A DNA stretch of 64,000 bases from a virus. The position numbers and the translations under genes are program-made. The notes beneath the pieces are model-generated. The model was not told the DNA's origin, did no database searches, and saw nothing but the letters and a program-made list of their open reading frames with translations. How positions within the stretch are numbered: the stretch's first letter is position 1; every line of letters starts with the position of its first letter. Positions 31,518 to 44,169 of this stretch are shown here, one piece after another. Where the stretch lies: IMG/VR virus record IMGVR_UViG_3300027714_000001, positions 32,001 through 96,000 of that record; one strand, written 5' to 3'.

Positions 31518-32919
31518 CTATTTGGAAGAAAAACCAGTAAACATAGCGTCTTTAGGTATAGGTAACTGGAGTAGTGGGGTAAAATCGACAAAGTCAAAGA
31601 TAGAACTTATTAGAGACATTTGCAGTATTACAGGCAGTAAAAGCTTAGATATTGCTGCCCTCACTATAAAAGATATAAAAAGCATACTAAAATCAATAAA
31701 AGCAGGAAACACTATAACTGACAGTATACTACCACAAGCTAGGACTAAAGCTCCTTACTTAGATATACTAAAGCCTATGTTTCCTTCTGTTACTCTAACC
31801 AAATTATCTGTTTCTTCACTAAAAGAACTTATACAGGCAGTTACTTATGAAACCCAGAACTAAAAATGTACTCATATTATTTATTATCATAGTAGGTATT
31901 ATGTGTATTGTTGCTCCCCTAGTATTAGGAAGTGCAGCACTTATAGTCTATCTTACAACACTCTCTTTAACTGACGTACTGCTAAGTCTAATCTCAGTAA
32001 TACTAATGACCATAGCAATAGGAATATATAACAAATGACAAAAACAGACTACCAAGAAACTATCGGGACATTGTTATGCCTAGACCGCAACATGACTAAA
32101 GACTTAGGCAACCTAAGCATCGAAACCCTATCAAAAATGTATGTTAATTACATACAAAATGCCAAAGACTACAATAACAAGCTAGAGCGAGTTATGGAGG
32201 CAGCTTACAAAAAAGGTGCAGAAAAGCATAGTAAGTCAGATGTAGCTAAGGCAGCTCACCGTGCTTGATGAATGTATTCTTCTTTCCACACTAACCCCCA
32301 CACTTAACCTAGGAGTCATATATGCCTATTACAAGCTCAGAATTAATGAATTTTTGCAGCACTATAGATAAAAGAGTAGTTCAAGAGGAATTTATAGCGT
32401 TAGATGGGCAATTCGATCCTGCCTATTGTAAACAAATCCTAGAAGATAGAACAATGACCAAGGGCAAGATTAACACATTAGTTCAGTCTGCCTTTGGGCA
32501 AATCATATTCTTTCAAGTAGACGTAGAAAACGAAGTCACACCAGAACTATTTAAGAAGCATTATAGGTTTGGTAAGTATCGCAATGTCCGACAATGGATT
32601 ACCTTTTTCTATTTACGTTACCAGTTACTTCTTACACGAGAAACTCTGTTTAAGTACGTTACGTCCCAGGGGTAAATAATGTTATTTGTATGTCAAGTAT
32701 TAATGATACTCTATATCTTGTTTACTACAGCAAAAATTATAGAGTACATTGTTGATCCCACAGATTTCTACGCAAAGCCTTATGATTCTCTAAGGTATTT
32801 TGTAAAAGTTTGTGTGCTAGGGTATATAGGTTGGGCTGTCGGGCTAGTTGTTCCCGTACTCCTTTTAGCCTTTATAAACCTATTCATTAAAGAGCAACTA
32901 CAAAACAGGTGTAAAAACG

Positions 32920-33714
32920 ATGATTAACTTTAGAATTAATGGCTACCTATATACTCCTCAGTTCAGCACATTTCCTGGGGGCGAAGAACACGTTAATATT
33001 CGTACTAAGAACAGACTACCTGTGTGCCCTGATTGGAATGTTATCATAAAAGCGAAGCTTAGGTCTAGCTCTGACATTATGAGATTGCTTTTGGTAGTAG
33101 ATGCCTTACGCAATCAACAAGGCCACACAGTAGAACATATAGACCTGCACATGCCTTACGTACCCTACGCACGTCAAGACAGAATCTGTAAAGAAGGGGA
33201 ATCGTTCTCTCTAAAAGTATTTGCTGATTTAATCAACGACTTACAGTTTGATAATGTTTACGTAGAAGATGCTCACAGTAATGTAGCTTTAGATTTGTTA
33301 GAGAACTGCGTTAACCTTACACAAGTAGGATTACTTAGCACCACAGACTTGGGAGACACTATACAGAATGCGGACTACATAGTTGCACCAGATGCGGGGG
33401 CAATGAAGAAAGCAGAGGCACTAGGAAAGTTCTACCAGAAGCCTGTACTGCAATGTGCTAAGTTTAGAGTAAGCAGAGATGTTATTAGGGTAGACTTGCT
33501 TAACGCACCAGCAGATATAAAAGATTCTGTGTTAGTAGTTGTTGACGACATATGTGACGGAGGAGGAACTTTTAACGCACTAGCATTGTCTCCGGAAATA
33601 GCAGAGGCCAAGGAGCTACACTTAATTGTAACACACGGCATCTTTTCTAAAGGCAAAGACGAGTTACTTTGGAAGTACGAAACAGTGGAGGCAGTAAATG
33701 ACTGGACTAAATAA
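32920..33714 (+). CDS. prs: Ribose-phosphate pyrophosphokinase-like protein (probable NARP1 Adps)
   Basis: FPGGE, PYARQDR, DAHS, APDAGA, VVDDICDGGGTF motifs. Confidence 0.88.
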   Translation: MINFRINGYLYTPQFSTFPGGEEHVNIRTKNRLPVCPDWNVIIKAKLRSSSDIMRLLLVVDALRNQQGHTVEHIDLHMPYVPYARQDRICKEGESFSLKVFADLINDLQFDNVYVEDAHSNVALDLLENCVNLTQVGLLSTTDLGDTIQNADYIVAPDAGAMKKAEALGKFYQKPVLQCAKFRVSRDVIRVDLLNAPADIKDSVLVVVDDICDGGGTFNALALSPEIAEAKELHLIVTHGIFSKGKDELLWKYETVEAVNDWTK

Positions 33715-34126
33715 TTATACAAACAGGGACGGTGTTCTAAATCGTCTAAAGAGAGAATACCTAGAACATGGAAAGATTATCATAGCATTTGACTTTGATA
33801 ATACTATATACGACTATCACAACCATGACCTAGACTTGGAAGCTACAATTTGTGCATTACGTAAAGCATACAAACTAGGTATGGAGCTGTTTTGCTTTAC
33901 CGCTAACTCTAACCATCAGTTAATTACAGATGTGGTAGAGCACTTGTTAGGGATTCCTTACCAAGACCAAAAGATTAATTGTTGTAGCTTAGATCATTTG
34001 TTTAAAGGCAGAAAGCCTTTCTACTCAATATTATTAGACGACAGAGCAGGTCTTGACTCAACCTTAAGAACTTTACACCAATTTATGTTTTTTGTTGAAG
34101 AAACATCTAGACAAAACGCCCAATAA
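33698..34126 (+). CDS. HAD-superfamily hydrolase
   Basis: IAFDFDNTI motif I, K and LLDD motif IV. Confidence 0.7.
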   Translation: MTGLNNYTNRDGVLNRLKREYLEHGKIIIAFDFDNTIYDYHNHDLDLEATICALRKAYKLGMELFCFTANSNHQLITDVVEHLLGIPYQDQKINCCSLDHLFKGRKPFYSILLDDRAGLDSTLRTLHQFMFFVEETSRQNAQ

Positions 34127-34166
34127 TCGGTATAATAGCTTTAGAAATTAACAAAAGGAACAACCC

Positions 34167-35942
34167 ATGAATAGCACAATTAACGCAGTAGACTTCTATA
34201 AAACAGGCCACGGTCCACAGTACCCCTCTGGTACTGAGTATGTATATTCTAACCTAACCCCCCGATCAGTAAAATACGCGTCTACCGACCGCATTACAGT
34301 GTTTGGCATTCAGTCATTCATTGCAAAACGCCTTATCAAAGAATTTAACGACACATTCTTTAATCAACCATTAAATACAGTAATACAAAAGTATCAGCGC
34401 AGAATGGATAATGCCCTAGGTAAAGGCACAGTTACAACTAAACATTTAAAAGACCTACATAATTTAGGTTTCCTACCTATGCACATTAAAGCATTACCTG
34501 AAGGTGTGTCTGTAAAGCCACTAATTCCTGTAATGACAATGATCAACACCTTACCAGAGTTTTTCTGGCTAACTAACTACCTTGAGACAGTTTGTAGCTG
34601 CGATGTTTGGCAACCAATGACCAATATGTCTGTAGCTAGAGAGTATTTCTCCTTACTTACAGGTTTTGCAGAAGATACTGGTGTAGACCCTGAATTTGTC
34701 AAAGTACAGGCACATGATTTCTCAATGCGTGGAATGGCAGGAGTAGAAGCAGCAGCGGCCTCTGGAGCGGCTCATTTAGCAGCGGGTTTTACAGGAACTG
34801 ACTGTGTTCCTGCGATTGACTACTTAGAGGATTGGTATTTCGCTGATTCGGACAAAGAAATGGTAGGATGCTCCGTTCCTGCTACAGAACACAGCGTTAT
34901 GTGTATGGGAACAAAAGAAGACGAGCAAGCTACGTTTGAACGTATCTTAGACCTATATCCTCAAGGTATTAAGTCCATCGTGTCAGATACTTGGAACTTG
35001 TGGCAGGTCATTACAGAATATGCACCAAATCTTAGAGATAAGATTAACGCCGCAAAAGATATTATGAGTTACGAAGCTTACGATTACCAAGAACCTTGTG
35101 CAGGTGAGCTACAGTTAGCGTACCAGAAGGGTTTTAAAGTTGTGAAAGTAGCAGACAAGGAATACCGCGCAATAAATACTGATTTGCAGGGTACCGTATT
35201 TTTAGGTACAGAAATAGAAGCACCTGTGCTGATAGTCCCTGGCAAGACGGTTTTCCGTCCAGACTCGGGCTGCCCTGTTAAGATTCTTACGGGCTACAAG
35301 GCACTAACTAAATATGTTTTTGACAGCGTAGAAGAAGCAATAAGCCACGCTTGCGATTACCCTCAAGATACTTATGATTTTGAAGTATTTGAAGTAGTAG
35401 GAAAAGTTTTTGTTAGACTAAGTGACTATAAACTGGTAAGCGAGCACGAAGTTAAAGGTGTTGTAGAGTTACTGTGGGAACAATTTCCTGGACTAGTAAA
35501 CGCCAAGGGCTATAAAGAGCTAACTAAAGTAGGAGCAATCTATGGAGATTCTATCACACTAGAGCGTGCAGAGCAGATTATGCAACGTCTTAAAGATAAA
35601 GGTTTTGCTAGCAGCAACGTTGTATTAGGTATTGGTTCGTTTACATACCAATATAACACTCGTGACACCTACGGTATGGCTGTTAAAGCTACGTGGGGTA
35701 TGGTAGACGGCGTTCCTAGAGAAATTTTTAAAGACCCTATTACAGACGACGGAACAAAGAAGTCTGCAACTGGGTTGCTGCGTGTAGAGCTAGAACGTGC
35801 AGGCAACAAATTAGTTCCTGAGTATGTTTTATACGACAGACAAACTAAGTATGAAGAAGGCTGCGGAGAGCTAAGAACAGTATTCTTAGACGGCATTCAC
35901 ATGAATCAACAAACATTAGAAGAAATTAGAGGAACAAGATAA
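34167..35942 (+). CDS. nadV: Nicotinamide phosphoribosyltransferase-like protein (probable NARP1 Namat)
   Basis: DFYKTGH, HDFSMRG, PATEHSVM, VSDTW, RPDSG, IYGDSIT, KDPITD motifs. Confidence 0.92.
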   Translation: MNSTINAVDFYKTGHGPQYPSGTEYVYSNLTPRSVKYASTDRITVFGIQSFIAKRLIKEFNDTFFNQPLNTVIQKYQRRMDNALGKGTVTTKHLKDLHNLGFLPMHIKALPEGVSVKPLIPVMTMINTLPEFFWLTNYLETVCSCDVWQPMTNMSVAREYFSLLTGFAEDTGVDPEFVKVQAHDFSMRGMAGVEAAAASGAAHLAAGFTGTDCVPAIDYLEDWYFADSDKEMVGCSVPATEHSVMCMGTKEDEQATFERILDLYPQGIKSIVSDTWNLWQVITEYAPNLRDKINAAKDIMSYEAYDYQEPCAGELQLAYQKGFKVVKVADKEYRAINTDLQGTVFLGTEIEAPVLIVPGKTVFRPDSGCPVKILTGYKALTKYVFDSVEEAISHACDYPQDTYDFEVFEVVGKVFVRLSDYKLVSEHEVKGVVELLWEQFPGLVNAKGYKELTKVGAIYGDSITLERAEQIMQRLKDKGFASSNVVLGIGSFTYQYNTRDTYGMAVKATWGMVDGVPREIFKDPITDDGTKKSATGLLRVELERAGNKLVPEYVLYDRQTKYEEGCGELRTVFLDGIHMNQQTLEEIRGTR

Positions 35943-37366
35943 TGAGCTATATTAAAGAAAACGGCAGATTTGTAGAAGTAACAGTATTGACAGCTTTTCA
36001 CAATCTGTCAGACCCCGAACTAGTAATTGTAGCAGACACCGAAGGCACATTGAAGATTGTAAATATCAACATTATCTATGACAAACTGCCCGCAGCAGAA
36101 GATCAAGAAGAAGTAGAGTTACTACACAAAACTGTAGAACGTCTAACAGCAGAACTGGATCGAATGAAAGCACAGGCTAAACAAGCTGCACCTGACCTAG
36201 TTAAATTCCTAGAGAATATGCTAAAACAAAAGTAAAATTTATCTGGACACATTGCTCATTGTTTGCTATAATAGTTTCAGAAATTAAGAAAAGAAAGGAA
36301 AAAATTATGGCAACCTGTCCTTGGATAATGTGTACCAGCTTACTTCCAGAGTTCTGGTTAGAAGTGGAAATATGCACCGTAGATAAACAAATTTATCGTG
36401 CTTGTTTGATCCCTAAAAGTTACAAATGGAAAAATGCTTTTGGCAATACCTTCTATAAAGATGAAGTAACTGACTGGAAAGTTTTAACCGAAACCCCCTT
36501 ACCTGAGAGATTTTTATAATGGAAGAATTAGAAGATGAACTAGACCAAGTATGTACGTGGCATATAATGCACCTTATAATTACTGTTTTTACAGGTGGGT
36601 TCTGGGCAGTAGCATGGATAGCATGTGGTCTAAGAAACAATCAAGTACGCACTAAGCTGACAGAAAGGATTAATCGAATACAACGGAGACGTAATGCGGC
36701 ACAAAAGAATTAAACTGTTTTTAGTAGGACTAGGTATACTAGCAACAGTATCAGTATGCTACAACCAAAGTATTAAGAGTACAGACTTTGGGTACAATCA
36801 ATCTATTGGGAGTAAAGTGTGAAAGATTTTAAAGCTCAAGTTAATAAAGCAATTGACAAGCTAGAGAAGCAAGGTCACTTCTCCAAAGACTCAAACGGTG
36901 CGTGCTACTACCAGAACGCCAACAACTGTTGCATTATAGGGCATATGATACCTAATTTTAGACTAAGACAAAAAGCAGACAATGCTGGAGATAGTGGTAT
37001 ATGTGAGCTTATAGATAGCAATGTTATACCAGAGTTTACAGACCAATTTATTCAAAGCGAAAGAGGAGTATTACGAGCCTTACAAGCCTTACATGATTTA
37101 TGGGCAGGCACTTTTAAGGACTCAATACGAGCTATGCGAGGATTGTCTAGTGTCCTCTGATGCAGTATTAGGATTTAACTTATTTATGTTAGAGGTTATT
37201 GCAGGTATGATTATTTGTATCCTAGGCGTATCCCAGTTCAACGTCAGCTACGAAAACAAAGCACAGAGCCTAACAACCTTTGCAGCTATATGTGCTAGTG
37301 TAAATAGCACCCCCAAACCTTTTGACATAAACACTGTGCTATGCACAAATGGAGCAGAAATAAAAT

Positions 37367-37798
37367 ATGATTGAAATAGTAAAAATACACCCTGATGCTA
37401 AACTACCTTTTAGAGGCTCAGCATCCGCAGCAGGTCTAGACCTGTACTCTATTACTTCCGCAGTTATACCTCCAGGTACTAGAGCATTACTACATACTGG
37501 AATTACTATGGCAATGCCCGAAGGCTTTGTAGGTCTTATCTGGCCACGTAGTAAGTTAGCAAATACTTACGGAGCTACAGTGTTAGCAGGAGTTGTAGAC
37601 TCAGACTACCGTGGGGAAGTTATGATTTCTTTACTTAATACAGGTAAAGATGAAATGGAAGTAAACGTAGGTGATAAAGTAGCCCAGATGATAATGCAAC
37701 AACACTTCTCTGACATGAAGATAGTAGAAGTAGGAAATTTATCAGAGACAGTACGTGGAGTTGACGGCATTAACTCTTTTGATATGAGGCTACGATGA
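37367..37798 (+). CDS. dut: Trimeric dUTPase
   Basis: AGLDL, PRS, GVVDSDYRGE, GDKVAQ motifs. Confidence 0.95.
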   Translation: MIEIVKIHPDAKLPFRGSASAAGLDLYSITSAVIPPGTRALLHTGITMAMPEGFVGLIWPRSKLANTYGATVLAGVVDSDYRGEVMISLLNTGKDEMEVNVGDKVAQMIMQQHFSDMKIVEVGNLSETVRGVDGINSFDMRLR

Positions 37799-38627
37799 TG
37801 AATACCAGAGATTTTTTAGAGTGCTCTGATTGCCTAAAAAACTTAGAAGAGTTCATTGAGCTAGACGGCACGTATCATTTAGACGCTATTCAAGCTCTAG
37901 AGAACTACACCTTGTTCCTAGAAATGAAGCGCTTAAAATCTTATCAACATACAGTTAAACTTCCTGAAAGTTTAAGAGATACCCAACACACATTTATAAC
38001 TACACCTAACCCCTTTAACACTTCAAAAATAACCTGCTAACGCGGGTTTTTTGTTTTATAAAACTTGTAGACAAGAAGCCAAATAATCGGTATAATAGCT
38101 TTAGAAATTGAGAAAAGGAACGAATTATGAATTTAAAGCGCAGAAAAGATTTAGAGCAACGTAACACCATACAAATCATAGTAAAAGCAGACTGCAACGA
38201 CGGAGATTATGTTACATCAACAACTACAATGCCCACTGCCGAGTTTACAGCTCCTGCATTTACTGGGGGTTGGACTGTAGAAGAGTATGTAGATATTCTT
38301 AGACGTTCTGCTATTGCCGGACGGGAATGGGTTAAATTTTGTCAGGATGCCACAGAAGATAAAGCTATTGGAGATTACTTGAGCGGTTTAGTTCCGTACA
38401 GCATTCACGATGGTATGGAAGTTGCTATATCTTCTATTACAGTTTTGTTTAACAACACCGAAGGGTGTATTTACGAGGTATTATAATGAAAGAACTACAA
38501 GGAACTCCAAACTATATAGAAGTTCCTTTCACCGTAGGTGATCCCTCCTTCTACGCAAGTAGACACGGTTTTACCACATATAAGTATAACGAGAGATACT
38601 TCCGCAGCAATATAGAAATTACAGAGG

Positions 38628-39023
38628 ATGAAGCTAATGATAACACCCAGTAACAGAAACCAGATGGGCAACGCAATGAACCCCTACCAAGGTAAGACAA
38701 AAAGAATCCTGTGTGTATGTAGCGCAGGATTACTCCGCAGCCCCACAATCGCTAAGTATCTCACAGGTAAAGGCTTTAACACGCGCGCCTGTGGTACATC
38801 ACAAGACTTCGCGCTGATTCCTATTAGCCAAGCATTAGTTATGTGGGCTGACGAGATTCACGTAGTAAAAGAACAAGAGCATGTTATATTAGATATTCTA
38901 ATAGCTGGTAATCTTCGCCCTAAAGTTGTTGTACTAGACATTCCTGACAATTATGGTACATTTGACCCAGAGCTTACATTAATAATTAAAGATTTCTACG
39001 AACGTTTTGCGGAGTACAGCTAA
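38628..39023 (+). CDS. Low-molecular-weight protein tyrosine phosphatase-like protein
   Basis: LCVCSAGLLRSPT (CX5R), WADEI, LDIPD. Confidence 0.75.
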   Translation: MKLMITPSNRNQMGNAMNPYQGKTKRILCVCSAGLLRSPTIAKYLTGKGFNTRACGTSQDFALIPISQALVMWADEIHVVKEQEHVILDILIAGNLRPKVVVLDIPDNYGTFDPELTLIIKDFYERFAEYS

Positions 39024-40356
39024 TGATAATTGAAAGAATAACTGCTCGTATAGCTTGGATTGTAGAACCTGAACCTGGAGAGGAAGAAAAAACAAGAATT
39101 GTGGACTGGAGTGTTGTTACCAAAGTAAGAGTCTACGGTTACGAGATTTTAATAAACGAGCACTGGTTTAGTTGTGTTTGCAACCAAACTGCCGTAAAAG
39201 TCTATGAAGAAATAAAAACCCTGTGGAAAGACTACCTAATCTCGGAAGACCATAAAATATGATACTAAAGAAAGTTAGTGACAAATATGCTACTCTTAGT
39301 ACATTTAACTCAAGTACCGTAACTACAGCAGTAAACGTAATCAAATGGGGCAAGGTAGGAAGTATTTGTGTGTCTTTAAAATTTGTGTCTATAGGGACTT
39401 TAGAGGTAGAAACAAATTCTATTACAGACGCTAATGCCCTACACAAAGAAGCAGTAATACTTTGGGAATCCTACCTAGAACAAGAGGGTAGTACAATATG
39501 AGGACCATAAGAGAATTGAAAGCTAAAGTTGAATCTTTGGAGGCTCAACTAAGAATAAAAGAAGAAATGATTGAAACGCTAAAAACTGCAAGATGTTACG
39601 AGGTTGCAGATTTTAAACGAATTATTGCTAACCTAGAGGAAAGACTAAATAATGTTTGATGCCAATATGAGACACTTGCCCAAGGGTACTAAGTTCTTTG
39701 CTAAAGTATACGCTACAGGCAACCTAATGTTTGTTACGCCCAACAAAATGTATATGTGTGAGATGCTAGAAGATGACCACGAGAATCCTGCTGTAGATTT
39801 TGGCTTCGCCGTTTTACGTAGCCAGGACTGTGATGAGTCTTTCTTAGTATTTGAGGGCAGACAATCTCTAGCGGGATTTATCAGCAAAGAATCTTTAGCT
39901 CAAGCTAAAAAGATGCTTGACAAATAGCCTAATGTTTGGTATAATATGTTTCTGGAATTGAGAAAAGGTACACAAAATGTTTTACAAAGCAATATGCGGG
40001 GATTACGTAGCCCACATTATCAGAGTACAAGCTGTATGTTCAGAACCTAAGCCTATTATTATATCATACAAGTTTCGCCCCCGACCTCCGCATTATCACT
40101 GGGATAGGGAAACGCAGGAACAACAGATAGAGCACTTAGAAACACTATTCATAAATCGAACGCTAAAAGCTATACCTACGTTACCTAAAACCATTAGTAT
40201 AGCTACCGCGCAACAAGAATATGCGCAGTACGCAGTATGGAAGCTTGACAAAGAACTAGCAGAGTGGCGAAAGAAAGTAACAAAACAATGGAAAGTCTGG
40301 CTACCAGACGGCACTACAGCAATACTAAACGAAAACCCCCTACAGGAAAACATATA

Positions 40357-41247
40357 ATGGGAATTACTACACTAGAACAAAATTATGCAAACTTTACCAA
40401 TACTTCTAAGACTCTTGGTTCACAACTTGCAGAAAGCGTTAATATGTTACAGCTAGATAGTGTCAACTCTGCGGTAGCCGAGGCAGTCTTACAAATGGAA
40501 AGTATGGTAAGTAAAAGTCCAAGCAAAATGGCGTCTATCCCTTTCATTGGCAAATACCTTAGCAAAGCTAAGACAGACTTAGCTGAAAAAGAAATCAAAT
40601 CGAGTAAGATGGTTGATGTTGTTGACAGACTATTTACATCATTAAGCACCAAGAAAGACAACATGATGAATGTTATGGAAACATTGTTCAACATCAAAGA
40701 GCTTCTAGTCAAAGAAGTTGCATTTATGATAGAGCAGGAGAGCTTGGCTAGAGAAATATCAATGGAAGGCAAAGGTATCGAAGTCACCAAGGCTAAAAAC
40801 TTGTTAGTTCAAGTTTCACAGTCTATCGTTAAATCACGTGACCGTATTTCTGTTATCGACACCACATGCAAAGCCGCAGAAGCTACGACTATGGCAGTAT
40901 CACAGTTGCTACCTTCACTACAGGGAGAGCTTATTACAGAAATGGCTATCCAAGGCGGACTACAAGAGCTTAAAGACTTTAAGACAATCTTTGACAATAC
41001 GCTAGAGATTGTAAACAACCTTAGCCAAGAAAACAACAGTAGCATGATTAAAGTTCTAGAAGATGTTGTTGACCTGTCTGTTACACGTCCTACAGACATT
41101 GCCCGTCTAGAAGAAACCGCTATGTCCCGAAATGCTGTGCAAGAGAGGCTTAAGAAAAAGCTTATGGCTGCACAAGTTCAGCAAGACAAAGACATTAAGA
41201 CGCTTACGGAGATTCGCTCCGAGCAACAATTATTGAGGTTACTATAA
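40357..41247 (+). CDS. Coiled-coil protein, TelA/toxic-anion-resistance-like
   Basis: All-helical heptad pattern with 'IPFIGKYL' near the N-terminus; resemblance only. Confidence 0.4.
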   Translation: MGITTLEQNYANFTNTSKTLGSQLAESVNMLQLDSVNSAVAEAVLQMESMVSKSPSKMASIPFIGKYLSKAKTDLAEKEIKSSKMVDVVDRLFTSLSTKKDNMMNVMETLFNIKELLVKEVAFMIEQESLAREISMEGKGIEVTKAKNLLVQVSQSIVKSRDRISVIDTTCKAAEATTMAVSQLLPSLQGELITEMAIQGGLQELKDFKTIFDNTLEIVNNLSQENNSSMIKVLEDVVDLSVTRPTDIARLEETAMSRNAVQERLKKKLMAAQVQQDKDIKTLTEIRSEQQLLRLL

Positions 41248-42964
41248 TGAATCACATTGTTACAGATAACGGCAACATTATTCCTATGTCTAGTGTCATT
41301 TATATGTCAGAGAAAGATCGTGTAGTTACCTTGCACCTTATCGGCAATAAGACTACACAGATATGTAATAAGACTATGTCACAGTTACTTATGCTTAATG
41401 TTCCAGCAGACCTTACTCCTGTAATAGAGACTATACTACAGAAAATGGATAGCATGGAAGATATGATTACAGCACGGGCTGCTAATATCCATGATGTGAC
41501 TCAGATTGCATTACACAGTCTCAAAGAGAGCAACAACAAACTCACTAAAGCAGCTAACAGTGTAAACAGAAGCAAAGGTGAGTTATTTACAGCCTCAGGC
41601 AAACTAAGAGAGATTGTACAAGAACTAGAGAGATCGGTAGGTGTAGAATGATGTTATTTATACGCAGAAGTAGGGTTAAGAAATTACTAGCAGCCTACGA
41701 GAAATGTTACAGGCAAGACATACCAATGAAATCTATTGGCTATCAGGAACTATGGGAACTGCGCAATCTTAACCTAGAAGAAATTGCTACTGCGTATGAC
41801 TTGCTTGACGGCTTCAAGCACTTCCCAGACATGCCCTGTCCCGCTATGTCCCGAGAGTGGGCAGAGAGTATAGCCCAAATAATCTGCACCAACAAAATAA
41901 CTAGACTTAGACGACAATTAAAGCATAAGCAATTTGTTGATAGGGACATATTTAGAGAGCACGCCAAATTTAACGAGAACCTACAACTAGTAAACCAGAC
42001 AGGAAATTTATGGAAGACTTCATAAGAATAGATAGCGAAACGCTAGTAGCAAAACAACACATTGTTGCTATAACTAAAGGGCAAACTAATTCCATAGACC
42101 TGCCTAGACTGGTAGTAGTAAGCCAAAGATGCTCTAGTGAATCTACCCTAAGGAGGGAGTACAAACTGCATCCAATTACTCATTCCTCTAAGGTAGTTAG
42201 CGCATGTAACGAGATAGAAAGAAACAAGTACAGTACCTCCAAAGAAGCTTGGGACAGACTCAATGTAAAGACACCTTTTTGGACAGTTCTAGTAGTTACA
42301 GGAAACACATACAAAACTAACAAAAATCCTGCGGAGAACTATGCGGTTATATGATATTGATTCCACGTTACAAATCAACCTAAACTAGGAGATCTAGATG
42401 ACAGCATATAGTGATGTTGTATCAATTAACAGAGACAATGTACTGTTTGTCAAACAAAGCTTTGACGTACACTTTGATGGTGTAACTGTAAGAAACCACC
42501 CAACAAATCCTCTTGAGCCTAAAAGCTTAGAGGATTTAATCGCACATCTGGACGACGCAGAATTGTGCCAACTACAACGAATTATAGAGCTGAGACAAAT
42601 ATGAGCAATTTCCAAAAGTATTACCTAGAAATGCAAGCGAACCAACAGAAAGTTGACAATGCAGAAGTTATAAGACTAGCACTAGCATTGCCAGACAAAG
42701 AAAAGAAGGAACTACTTGCTGCACTATTAAAGGAGACACAGATATGACAGAAGAACAGAAGCAACAAATATGGAACGCTATAGACGAGCAGACCGAATCA
42801 CATAGGGAAAGGCCAAAAGAGGCAGCAGAAGCAATATCAGCTATGCTACAGGAAGCATTTGAGTTCGAGCAAATTGCTAGGCATTTAGCAAATAATGTAC
42901 CAAACAAGTATGTACTAGAAGTAATCCGACTGTTAAGAAACAGAGTAGCAGAAGGACTAGGGAT

Positions 42965-43675
42965 ATGAGCCAAGAAAGAGTAGAAGAAATTAAACGTATA
43001 CAGGCAGAGCTGGAGCTAGAACTAGCCTCTTACACTCCTGTGTCAACCGAGATATTAACCCCCATCATTAATAGAAAATATGTTCTGAATAATAAGTGGA
43101 ACTACGACTTACTGGAGAAAGATTTCCACAAGCTAAACGGTAGGTACATTCCACTAGATGCGATAAAGAAAATCACTAAACGTTTACGTATCAATAGACT
43201 GCCGCAGCTAGACGTACCAATTAAAGAACTACAACTGCTAAATCCACTAGGACTAGAAGATGTATTTAAAACGATTAAAGGTTGCTGGTATTACAACACT
43301 GAAATTCCTGCTAGACAGTTAGCAATGCATTTGTTCTTAGGAAAAAAGAATGTTCTAGAAGAAGGACAATCATGTACTAGGTGGTTTCCAAAGAATACAT
43401 TGAGAGAAGTTATAAATATTGATAGAGACCCGCTACCATTTTCTGATACAAACCTCAATATTAATGGGATGCCTGACCTAGATACTAGCTTTCCGTGCGA
43501 ACCTACACAGGAATGTTTAGATATTTTAAAGACAGGACTAGGCAAGAGACACTTAGTAACAGCTTCAAACTATTACAACTACGACCTCATACAATTAGAG
43601 CTTTTTATCCAAACGGGGATTAACTACAGGCCATCTGTCAAGGAGTTACAACCCAAACACTTGATCGGCATTTAA
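42965..43675 (+). CDS. Hypothetical protein, last gene of the rightward early block
   Basis: 236-aa ORF in phage codon style. Confidence 0.6.
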   Translation: MSQERVEEIKRIQAELELELASYTPVSTEILTPIINRKYVLNNKWNYDLLEKDFHKLNGRYIPLDAIKKITKRLRINRLPQLDVPIKELQLLNPLGLEDVFKTIKGCWYYNTEIPARQLAMHLFLGKKNVLEEGQSCTRWFPKNTLREVINIDRDPLPFSDTNLNINGMPDLDTSFPCEPTQECLDILKTGLGKRHLVTASNYYNYDLIQLELFIQTGINYRPSVKELQPKHLIGI

Positions 43676-44169
43676 AAGATTATTTGACAGTAGGATTTTC
43701 CTATGCTATAATTACAAGGTAATCTTAAGAGAGACTAGAGAGAATCTTTAGAATCTCTACTACCTCCGCAAGATTTGACAGAGCTTAAGGTCTAGGATAT
43801 ACACCTCCCGATACCATACGGGAAGGGGGTGTTTATACGCAGACTAACTTTAGCTTCTTCAAATCTAAAACAAACAACAAATCATTAACAGCCACAGCTA
43901 TATCTACCAACAAATATAACAACTAATATCTACACAAGAGGGGACTTTTAACGCTATAGAACCCACTCGAACGGTATGAACAACCAATGTCGTATAGAGC
44001 TTCGAGAACCCCTTCACCATAATACTAGCCTACACTAGTCCACACCAGACTACACCAATATCGTCCTAGACCAGAGTAGAACAACACAAGACTACACCAG
44101 CCCGCTAATGTCCCCAAGAGAGACTGCGGGCTTTTTTGTGTCTAAAATTTAATACCTCTAGTCAAAACT

